Source: Phoronis australis
Taxonomy: Eukaryota > Animalia > Phoronida
Direction of reading: 5' to 3'
Length of the DNA stretch: 64,000 nucleotides
Assembly (NCBI GenBank): GCA_002633005.1
Contig: NMRA01000188.1
Span: 162,853 to 226,852, forward strand
Under the pieces are notes generated by a model. It was not told the origin of the DNA. It saw nothing but the letters and a program-made list of their open reading frames with translations, and made no database searches. This document shows, piece by piece, positions 11,201-23,200 of this stretch. Position 1 is the first letter of the stretch, and the number at the start of each line of letters is the position of its first letter. A program made the translations under genes and the position numbers.

Positions 11201-14200
11201 ACCATTTTATTCTTACATACAGCTGGACATGGCTCATGTCTGACTCAGCTGACAAGTGTTATAACACTGGTCTTAAACTTTTCATTGGGCTATAAAAACA
11301 ATCTATTCTCAAGTTTGGAGCGAATTGTAAAAATGCCGATGTCCGATGTTATCGGCAACTTGTTGATACTTTGACTGAAAGGTTTACCGTTCATTGCACA
11401 GTTATTTGCGTTTCGTTGACTGGCCGCATTATCACCACATTCCGTGTCTGTAGCTGGATTATTTGTCATACCAGCATCTGAGTCGAGGTCTGTATCTGGA
11501 ACATATCTCGGTTAGTAAAATAATCCTGGAGTCCTTTAGGCCTTTGCACAGCAGATGACATGACTAAGTGTGTAGAATGCACTTGTCAATTATGACAGAA
11601 ACCGCAGACTACACTGGCTGTGCAAAATCCTGGAATTACTCCCCCAAAACCGCAAACATCGGACACAGACACAGTGAAGAGTTGAAACAGCTTGCCAGTT
11701 TTTCACAGGGCGTAACCATAAATATTGGATCAGCCAAAGAAACCATCATAAGGCCAATGAGATGAGCTCAAATTCGATTGGCCAGTGACATTGAGAAAGG
11801 CACCAAAACAAACCAATAGTATTCGTCTAAATGAAAAGTGCACAAGCAACAACCAATAAAAGTCGTCGAAAGCGTTTCTATTCATAGGTATGTTGAGCTG
11901 CCGGTAACACCAATCTGTGTCACGGGGCGCACGGAATATTGAAAGATGCGCTAAGAAAGCACTTTTTGCGCAATAAATTTCTTATTTCTGAAATGACTGA
12001 TTACCTATTTATTTGAGCGGCGGCCGACCAACTGATAATATTGAGAAAGTGGTCATCATTTCAAGCTTTTTAAAATTTTGCTGTCTTCTTTAATTCTGAC
12101 TGTCCCGTCGAACCCATCCGAAATGACCTAAGTGTCTCGTGGTCGAGACGTTTGGACTGAATACTCATCATCTTGAAGCCAGTGTACGATACCTAGTGTC
12201 ACCAACAAAGTTTTTGTGTAACAAAATTGTGTGCAATGAAATACAATTGTGAAATTGCCTACTCCAAATTTCAGCTGAACCAAATGATCGTGGTGAGCGG
12301 AAAAAGCTTCGTAAATTAATAAATGTAGATACCCGAATAAGCTTCGTATAGACAGGGAGACGAGTCTGAAATAAATAATCGTATAGATACGGCTTTTGGG
12401 AACTCGAGAGTAAGTATGTTTCATGGAAGCATGGCTTTGCAAGAAAGTTCATCTGACATATTCTAACTACCTTTTTTAATTTGTACAGGTCAGTGAGTGC
12501 CCAGAGCTGCTTTTAGAAAGTTAAATTTACTCTTATGTTGTATCCACTTTTTCAAAATAAACAAAAATTGCTTTTGGATTTTCAGTTTAATTTTAGAATG
12601 TTTGGTGGTGCACCAACAAAAATGGCCGCCACAGTCAAATAACATTGAGTATAGAGTTTCACAAACTTAGGCAGGTTGATATTTCAAGAAAATATGTACA
12701 AGGTTGTAATTTACAAATCATATATAAATGGGACTTGCTCTGTATTCTTTGATGAAAGGAAATGAATGTTTTTAACAGGGAGAATTGGTTTACTGCTCTC
12801 GTTATAGGTTCAACACCCAGCTGCCAAGATGCTGGTTCTGGCTTCCCAACAGCAGGAGCAGGAATGTGGTGATGGCACCAATTTTGTGCTGGTCCTTGCT
12901 GGTGCACTGTTGGAACAAGCCGAAGAACTGTTAAAGTCGGTGAGTTTTTGCACCTGAGCTCCCACTCAAGTCTTTGTGCCCAAACGAAATATGTATACTA
13001 TTCACCTGGCTTTTTGTGGGAAATGTGCTCGTAAATGCGCAGACGGAAAGCTGTGGTCTTCTTTTCAAAATTTGTGAGTAGGCCATACAGGAGGGAATGC
13101 TTTGCTTTTGCCTTTATAGTTACAAATGGCACTAATTAGGCCAAACTGAAATTGCAAACTTTTAACTGAAACAAGTCTTGTTAGCGACTGCAAGCTGTCC
13201 TGTTGAGGCACCTCAAAATGACCCACAGACTGTTGTTTTAAAGCTAGCACTGCTTATGGCTGTGAGGCCACTTCCAGATGTGGCTCAATGACAGTAGTGA
13301 AAAGATGGTTCGAACTATATTTTCTTTTTTTCGGGCAGTTGTTGTGCAGTTTATTCCACCTACTGTTTATGCCATATGGTTTGTAGGCTGGGAGCACTGT
13401 CTCCTTGTCTATATGTTTTGTCATCTTTCTTGTTTCATTAGTTTGTTCCTGCCTCTGTCTCTGCGTGAGCAGTTGTATGATTTTTTATATCCTGGTGATA
13501 TTTGCGTGGTATAATGATGGTACGATTTGACATAAAGAACAGTTAGTCAAAGTTCTACGCGATCACTGCATCAATGATATTTAATAAATCTTGTAACTGT
13601 GACAGATTTTATTTTCATTTCTGTAGATATTGATGTTTTGCGTGTACTTGATCTTGCTTATTATTAGGGAGCTCATCTGTGACAAAATTAATTCCACTTG
13701 ATTTGTTTGCAGAGTTGCATGATTAGTAAAAACTCGTTATTTTCCATCATACAGGGTCTGTCAGTGACAGAAGTTATTGAAGGTTACGAGATTGCGCTGA
13801 AAAAAGCTCTGGAAGTTCTACCTGGTTCGTGTTTTATTTAATAGTTTTCCTATCGCAGTCATAATTAATAGTATTTTTACTTTAATGCTGGAGACTTAGT
13901 CTACGTAAACAGAAATGATCAAAAGGTTTTTTTGACATTGTGCAGCACTTTTGAAATTCAGGAGACAAGAATGTAGTTTATATGCAGTCATTGAGAGGGC
14001 TATTGATTTCTTGCATTATTCAGTCATCGTGGCCTCTTTCTATTGTGTGCGGCAATATGATTGCTTTATATCACAACTTGAATATTTTTATGTCTGCAGG
14101 TATACATTAAGTTGTGTGCATTTGTCGCTAATAAACGTTTGTTCAAAGTATACTGTCACCTAGTCAGTTTCTGATGACGAAGAGCAGAAGGTGCATGTTT

Positions 14201-17200
14201 ATCCATATGGCCAGTTTTGTCCTTATTCCTGTTTTCTGGCAATCCTGTGTTCTACCTGAGACCCATTGTGAACAGAAAATTGTTGGCGTAGCTGTAGTGC
14301 AATGCAGTGGTTTGATGTATTATCCAGATCTGGTGTGTGGCAAGGTAGAGGATCTGTTGAGCAAGGAGGACGTCACCCGCGCCATACGCACATCTGTCAT
14401 GAGCAAACAGTACGGCAATGAAGATTTCCTCTCCACCCTCATAGCTAATGCTTGCAGTAAGTTAGATCTAAGAGAATCGCTCATATCAAACATAGGACCC
14501 TTTAGTGTCAGAAGAGCAAGAAAGCAAAGTCAACTTGTTCCAATTTCGAGGTTTCTGAGAAAAGTTTAGCCAATACTCAACTCTTAAGGAGAGCTGAAGG
14601 TCCACTGGAGGGCTTTTCACCGATTGCTGAAATGGATATAAACCAAAAGAATGGGATGGAAATTTTTGGTCAGTGTGTTGGTACTAACATAATCAAATTC
14701 CCTTGACACGTTTAGAAAACTGCAAAAGGTCTTATTGGTTATATTTTGCCTCTTTTTACCTTCCTCTAACAACATCAAATCAAATCATTTTGCCATCGTC
14801 TGTCCTTAGTTTTTGGCCTAATGATATCATGTAGTAACCTGAGTGCCAGTCAATGAGCCCAGTGAATGCTTTAGTTCATGAGTTAAAGGTAGGTTAAAAA
14901 TTGCAAATGACAGGGTAACAGGCAAAAAGTAAGAAATCGAATCTTTGAGTGAATAAGTTCTTTCATAGCGCTTGATTTTCTTGTGGTTATATTTGCCGTA
15001 TTAATTCCATAGATAAATGTGTTAACATTTGATGTGCAACTCGAGTGTGACATGTATAGCACTTGATTTTAAACTTTCGCTGTGCGTACATCCAACCCTA
15101 TTACTTTAAGGGTTGGTTCACCGATTAAGACAAACTGTGCTGATGAATATTAACTGCATTTTCTCTCAGTTGGAGATGTTTGAAAAGTCCATAGCTGTGT
15201 AGTGACATAGCTGATTCAAAATATTATCTACTTACAAAATATGCTATCAGCAATATCATGAACTAAATGCTTAAATGCTTTTTCACATTTAAAACCAAGC
15301 TTGCAGGTGTCATTGCGTTAGTGGCTGCCTTCTCATGTCCACTAGACGTAGTTGACAAAAGAGAGCGAGCTGATGGTACACGGTATGTTGATTCCTGCTA
15401 TTGCCTTATTACTCTACTTAGTCAACGTTGAGTGTTTTGGCAATGCCTAACACTTGGGCTTTTGTTTCAGTGTCGGTGTTTAGCAAGAAGCAGACATTTA
15501 GCGTAGAAAGTATACGAATCAGTAAAATATTGGTAAGTTGACCAGACAGGGGTGTTAACTTTGTTAACCTGGTTGAATAGGAAGGAGTTTTGAGAGTCTT
15601 ATGTTGTGCAGTATTTCAGTAGATCAGATTTGGTATTAATTTCGTGTTTGGTATACATGTGCTTATCAAAAGTGGTCAGCGGTGTCATAGTCAATATGGT
15701 ATCAGTTGCTCGTCTGCAAGGTTAGGTGTCTGAATCTTGGTTAGGGTCAAGCTTTGTTCACCAGATTAGCTGCAAGAATTTCTTTTCAGTTCTTTATGAC
15801 ATTGGCACTTCCTCACTATAACAAGGCTGGACACAATGGTCGGTTGACAAAGGCTGTGCCCCCTAATGGCAATTTCATTTTTCCATTTTTCTTTGTTTCT
15901 CTGAAGTTCCTTGACAAGTTTTTATGAAATTTGGTAATTAGCTTTCTATTAACTAACCGATGGCATGTTTCCATTTTCAGATGGATTTGACATATTTTGC
16001 GCCATCTAGTGGCCATTTTTATGATACAGATAAACTGCCCTAGAACCACAATGTTTGCGGTGCATTCATGGGTGCATTTCAATGCTCCACGTTGCCCTTT
16101 TGTATTATAGTATCAGAGGAAATCAGTATATCGTTTGCTGGGTTATAATTGTTGATTAATACTCTAACCTTGTATTACAGGGTTCTGGTATACACAATTC
16201 ATCAGTTATTCAAGGTATGGTCTTCAAACGCGATGTTGAAAGTGACATCAACAAGGCTAGTGCTTGTAAAGTGGCCGTCTACTCGTGTCCTTTGGACATC
16301 ATGCAGACTGAAACTAAGGTGAGCTACTTACAAGTCGGAGCATGTTTGTGTCACAAGTGGTGTGCTTAACTGTGAAAGTCCTTGACCACAGTGATGCATT
16401 GAGTAGACAAAGGCGTTGGAAGAAACATAATGAGTGAAATCTTGGGTATTTGGAAAAGTAATTTACAGAGTTTGTTAACATAATTGTGCAGACATTTTTG
16501 AAATAGAAGAAGAAAAAACACTAAGCCCAGGTTCTTGTAATATGCAAAGGTGAGATTTACTGTTTTTATGGCTTCAAAATTTTGTCATCAATATTTCGTG
16601 TTGAAGCAAGTAACGGCAGAGAGATTTACATTGTTGAGCTTACCGTTTACATGTTTATTTTACAGGGTACTGTGTTAATCAAAACAGCTAAAGAACTGGT
16701 GGATTTCAGCAAGGGGGAGGAGTCATTGGTTGAAGAAGTAAGTGTCTTGACCTGGTTCTTTGTATACAGCTGTGAAAGTTATTCATAGGACCGTGAAAGG
16801 AAGTGAATGCATCAGCCAGTGGTATCCTATGACTGGTTCACGGTTATCCAATTTATTATGATGAGAAGTGCAGATGTAACAAAGAGAATATTGAAGATTT
16901 CCAAAAGAGTTAGAGGCTTTTTCGAAAGTGCATTTGAAAAAGTCCCACATGCTCTTTCGTCATCGTTTTGCATGCCGGGCATGGAGCACATGTGTAGAAT
17001 ATGTGGGCTTGGCATTGATTTCTCAGTTTTAGCCTTCAGAATCTTTTCTAAGATATTTCAAGTTGATGGCTTGAAAACAAACGCGTCTCTGGATTTCTCT
17101 GTAAGGAGCTTAATTGTCGACAAAGCGAACCCGAGCTGGTTTGTCAAGTCCATGGCTGACCAGGGTGCTACGGTTGTCAATACAAATTTCTGAAGGAGTC

Positions 17201-20200
17201 CACTGAGGGCTTCATGGATGCAAAATTGTTGTTGAAACTAATTGTTATCTTAATTTTGATAATGTACAATCTTGAAGAAACGTTGAGATAAAGAAGGACC
17301 CAGATCAATTAGGACACAGGGTATCTATATATTTATTCATTAGACAATAACCTCTAACAATGGACTGTTCCAAAAAGCACCCGGCATTAAATCAGAATTT
17401 AGAAAACTACCACTGCGTGCCATTGTTCTGAATGAATTACTTGAGTTGTAGGGAAAGTTGTCTTGTGAAGGTTGCTTAAACTAGTATACAGGTGAATCAA
17501 AATTTATCCCAGGTGGAACGTCAAGGAGTAAATGTTTTTCTTCTAACACCAGTATGATGACAAGTAATAGCTGGTTCACGTTGTTACGGTACACACCAAT
17601 ACTAGTTGGACAATATGGCACAGTTTCCTCTCATGACATGAGAGTGTAAGTGGAATTCGTGGTCATGCTGATTCGGTGCCAGACGAAATTCTTATTTGCT
17701 CTTCCGCCTGTTGATGTGCTGTAGGAATACGCTGGGAGTAATCATCAATATCGTGTTCCAGCAAATCAAGTCAATCGCCGACACAGGCTGCAAAGTGGTA
17801 GTGACTGGTGGCAAGGTGGGTGAGCTGGCGCTGCATTACGCCAACAAATATGGGCTGATGGTGGTGCGGTTGCTGTCTAAGTGGGACCTGCGCAGGCTGT
17901 GCAAGGCCATAGGGGCCACGCCCCTGCCAAGAATTGTAAGTTGTGCGGGTCACATCTGGGAGCCTGGATAAATATCTTGACGCGTTGATCGTTAGTTAGA
18001 TTAGTGTGATATTTGTGTTGTGCTCAAGCCGTGTGTCAGAGTTGGTGCTGGGTTGCGACGAAATCAGACGAGATTCCTCTGTGTGTTGTACTATGTAGTA
18101 TATGAGCATTCGTCTGTGTGTTGTACTATGTAGTATATGAACATTCGTCTGTGTGTTGTACTATGTAGTATATGAGCATTCCTCTGTGTGTTGTACTATG
18201 TAGTATATGAGCATTCGTCTGTGTGTTGTACTATGTAGTATATGAACATTCGTCTGTGTGTTGTACTATGTAGTATATGAGCATTCGTCTGTGTGTTGTA
18301 CTATGTAGTATATGAGCATTCCTCTGTGTGTTGTATTATGTAGTATATGAGCATTCGTCTGTGTGTTGTACTATGTAGTATATGAGCATTCCTCTGTGTG
18401 TTGTACTATGTAGTATATGAACATTCGTCTCATCAGCAATGCTGAGATGAGAAGCAAGCAGTTGGATTGCTGCAGATAGCTGATGTATTCTATATGCTTT
18501 GACAGGTGGCTGGCCTGCAAGTCACTAACAAGTTAGGGCTCCCGAATTTGAGAAGTGGTTTGATGCCTGCTGGTCAGTGGAGAAAATGCAGGATCCTTGT
18601 TGTTGACTATTACTGGCTGGCCACCCCTTGTCATTCTTTAGACATTGCCTCGTTGTAGTTAGTTCAACAAAGTATCATGGAATGACTGTGTTATTTCAGC
18701 TTTGTTCTCTTTATTGGCAGCCCTGTGGGGGGCAAATCTCTTTGATCCAAGTATGCTTTGTATTGAAATGTTCGTCGTTGCAGTTTGTTTCCTTTAGTAA
18801 GGCTTGTTAACGAATTACGATGATTTTATTGGTAGTTCTTTTGTATCGTATTAGTAACAATGGTTGCATTCATTGTTAAACAGTCTCCGCTTTGCTCAAA
18901 CTCGCTAGAACACTGTTAGGAGTGGGGCAAAATTATATTATTTCAAGACTGGTAGTAGGTACAGTCTTGGTATTCCTTAATAAGAAATGTTGCTGTTATC
19001 TTGTAGACGGCTCCGACAGCTGAAGAGCTTGGCCACTGTGATAACGTCTATGTGGATGAGATTGGAGATACGCCTGTCATTATATTTAGACAAGGTAATG
19101 GTCTGGTACCTCATCACAAGCTGTTGTGGAAAGGAAATTGTGATGCGTCTTTAGTCATTCGGAAGATGGAGTGTTGCAGCGTCGGAACATTTATTTGTCG
19201 TCAAATTGCTACTTGCCATCTATGCCTTTAGTGAATGAGATATTTTAGATGCCTCTTAAAATTTTTTTTTTGTCTTAGGAGAGATTGCGACTAAATGTGC
19301 ACAAGCTGGGGATTTGTTTCTTTTTGCGTTCAGTCGTATTGATAACATTTATTAGTCAATCATGGCTATATTGAGGCATTGTTTTGTGCTGATGGTGCTG
19401 CTGGTGATAAAACGGAGTTAATGAGCACAAAAACCAAACAACGGATTGATTTCTGAGACCTGACCTGAACCATACAGTTTTGAACCAATCCGATTTTTGA
19501 ATGGAATTGAATCTTTTAAGTCTTAAATAGCAATATTACCAAAGTGGGCTTGTGAAAGTATGACCTTATATTGTGCCATTGGAGTAGAAACAAAAAGCAA
19601 CTCGAGCATTCTGCCAATGCTTGTGTGTCAGGGCGTCTGGAGTAAATTCTTTTACTGAGTTGCCGTGCTGTGTCAGCCTGTGCTACTTAACTGCACACTT
19701 TGCTTCATGTAAATTCTTCTCTATTAAACAGAGAAAGAGGAGAGTGCTCTTGCAACATTAGTCATCAGGGGCTCTACTGATAACATTTTGGATGACATTG
19801 AACGGGCCGTTGATGATGGCGTCAACACCTTTAAAGCTCTCACTAAGGTTTGTTTTGTTTAATGATATGCATTATTTTTTTATTCTTTATCTGTGACAGA
19901 AAGTCAATCACCATCTTCGACGGCGATTGACAATTTTGCATGTTCTTCGCCGTTACGATTGTAAAACTGTTTTCCGTGCAATGGGCACATGCAGGGGTCC
20001 AGGATTTTGAGAACCAGGTATTCAGTGGAGAAAATAAGTTTTCAAAATGGAGGAACCCCGCAAGTGACTTTTACTGTTTTTAGCAACTTGTAAATGTGTG
20101 TGTGCATGTTTCTGATGGAAACGTTGAACAACACCCTAATTTACCATTGATGTTAACTGTTACGTTCTTACAGGACAATCGACTCGTGCCAGGTGCTGGA

Positions 20201-23200
20201 GCCACAGAAATAGAACTAGCTAAGCTTTTGACATCTTATGGGGAGGTAGGTATATTTACTAAAAATGAAGTTTTAAAACTTCTTATGATCGCGTTAATGT
20301 TGGCATTAATATGTACAATGTCGGTAGTAAAACATCATCGGTGATTATAAAACCAATAAATGTCTAACAGCAATCTACAGTTACTAAATTTGCACCAATA
20401 GGTATGTTGGACTCACAGAATTGAAAAAGCACCTGTACTCAACAAACATAGCATTGTGTCAGTGTGATGAATTTACATCGTGCTTAGTACTGGCAGACTA
20501 GAACAACGCATCCATGAACATACAACACACAGTTCATGCGCCCTCTTTAGGCACTGAGACAAACAGCACATCAATGAGTATAGAATTGGTGATTCAGCAT
20601 TGAACAAAAGGTACAATTACCTTTGAACAGCGTTACATGAAGAAAGCTTTACCTGTGTATTTAGCTTACTGTGACTGTGATTATAACCAGTAAGAATTAG
20701 TTTGTGAGAAGATGCAGTTTGGTTGCACAATCACTGATGCTGCGTCACTGAAGTTAAACAAAATGCCTGATTTGATTTCATCTGACAGGCAATACGTTAA
20801 ACAATACACCTGTCTTCTCTCAAGTCTGACATACAGGGTATCCCAAAAATCCATATCAATTGACAATAGTGCATTGTTGTTTGTTGACTTAGAAGCAAGA
20901 TTACTAGTTTAAATTATTAAAGAAGTGACCAAAAAGGTCTTAGAGGTCTTGATTGTGTGTGTATATACATATACATATACATATATATATGTATGCAATC
21001 ATGGAATGGATGTGATTGTTGGTAGTGGATTGAATTCCTGGCTAAGTACTTCAGTCTTGTTATCTTGGAGACCACGACATTTTCCGTGTTAATTATTACT
21101 GCTCCCCTGGAGTGTATTTTTTATTCATGGATCAATATGCAGTGGCCTGAATGGCCCAAGCAGAAGGCCTGCATTTTGGTTCTACATTCACTTCCATTGA
21201 GCTAACACGAATGGCTGACATGGACTGTATTCAATAGCTAGTAAAGCATTATACTTCCCCAATAGAAGTAAAATAATACAGAACCAAGAGTTTAGGCTGG
21301 GCTGTTCACAACACTGTTCTTCCATGGATAGTAAACATACGTGTAATATACACGGAAAAATAGATCTGCAAGATAATCACGAATCTGTGTTATTGCTAAA
21401 CTAACATCAATAATTATGGTTTCGTTCTTCTGTAAGTCTTTGAATGTAAATTTTACCCAATGCCAATGTGGTGGACTGTCAATCAAATCTTCTCGAGTTC
21501 AATTCCTGGCCCAGTGCTGCTGTGCTGTAGTTTTGTCGTTGAACAACGCACGTAACTTGCAGTGCCAGGAAATGAACTGTGGTGGACATAACTTCATAAA
21601 TATTTTTGCCTGTGCTCAACAATGTCACTCTTTACACCTGCCACTTGTATTTGCAGACCCGGCCTGGTCTGGACCAATATGCCATTAAGAAATTCGCTGA
21701 AGCATTGGAGGTCATGCCCCGTGCCCTCGCTGAGAACGCTGGAGTCAAGGCCACCGAGGTCATATCCAAGATGTACGCGGCCCACCAACAAGGTGACAGA
21801 AATGCTGGCTTTGATATTGAGGTGAGATGTAGTAATTGAGGCTATCATAAAACAAAATACAATGGCCCTGTTGCCATTGGTTGTACGACTTGTCACATGG
21901 AATAAACTACGACTTTACTTTAGTAATACTTGCTTACTCCTCTCAGACGATGAAGAGGAGGGTGATGTGAAGCGAGAAATATTGAAGAGATGGCATTATG
22001 AAGTGTTGTGTCATAAATTATTGGTTAAGATTTTGTTTGCCCATCAAGGCTGGTCTTCATTCACAACGATTTGTCATTCCAGCTACTGTGACTGAATTCC
22101 ACTTGCCATCTCTTACTCTCAGTTTTCTTCACATCGTTTTCAGACTCTTGTGCTGTGCTTGTTTTTGCCATACACTATATGTTTCCTTTCAGAAGTCATT
22201 TTTGGGAAATTTGGCATTTCCACTAATGTTTTTAAAGTATTCTAATTTTTTAGTTGATTTTTACAAAAAAAAATAATTACAGTGTAGAAGTTCTGACGCT
22301 GTGGGAAAGTCGCACAATGCAAAAACTTAGTGCCGGTGATTGACCGAATGGCCTTGGCTTTATTTTCTTATTTCGGCAAGTCACTTGGCAGAACAGAAAA
22401 GTTTGTAAACACACCTTACTGGGACCGGCTTATGTTCAGAACTTACTCACTGAGTCTCACTTCCAGTTTAAATAATTAATTTTATTTATAGTTCATTTTT
22501 ATAGAATTCGTTCGAAATTCCCGTTATAGTACAAAATAACATGTACTGAATTGACCAAAAACCCCTTTAGAAAAACTAACTTTACCCCCAAAATACGGTC
22601 ATATTAAGTTTTCTTCGTCTTTTATTGGCCACCAGCTTTTGGGTGTGAAACGCATCTAAATATCTACCAAACGCAGTATTTTCTGTTGTCACTTCTCAGC
22701 TATATATTTCTTTGACAGGCTGGTGGTCCCAGCTTGAGAGATGCCAAGGAGGCTGCTATACTAGATCTATACCTGACCAAGTACTGGGGAATGAAGTTTG
22801 CAACCACCGCAGCCTGTACAGTACTCAATGTAGACCAGGTGAGTCAGGTGTTTAATGTGTGTCAAAGGGCATGACCTCAGTTTGAGTTACACGGTAGTCT
22901 CATAAGGATGTTGGAGTGTGTTCAATAATTCTAGCATACAGCGAATTTGGCGAATGCATTGGGGTGACCTCCTAGGTTGGCTCAGCTCGAGACATGCCTC
23001 AGAGTTAGCCCTATGTGTGTAGTATAGGTGGAGACTTTAATCTTCATCTTGGATTTGAGGATCAATAGGAGTTATGAAACTCTCCTCTTCCCGTTATGAA
23101 ACTCCTCTTGCAGTTATGAAACTCTCCTCTTGGTTATGCAAACAGACATGATTATTCCTGGTCACCGAATCTATCGTAATTAGTGGTCGTCCAAATTCGT

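Noticed and set aside
18073-18430. CRISPR-like array (35-bp periodicity)
   Set aside because: Units are head-to-tail with no unique spacers, there are no cas genes, and it lies in a eukaryotic intron.
21947-22023. Purine-rich segment after a CTCCTCTCAG acceptor in CCT8 intron 14 (possible poison exon)
   Set aside because: Gives a stop after 7 codons and has no convincing donor; unsupported without RNA data.
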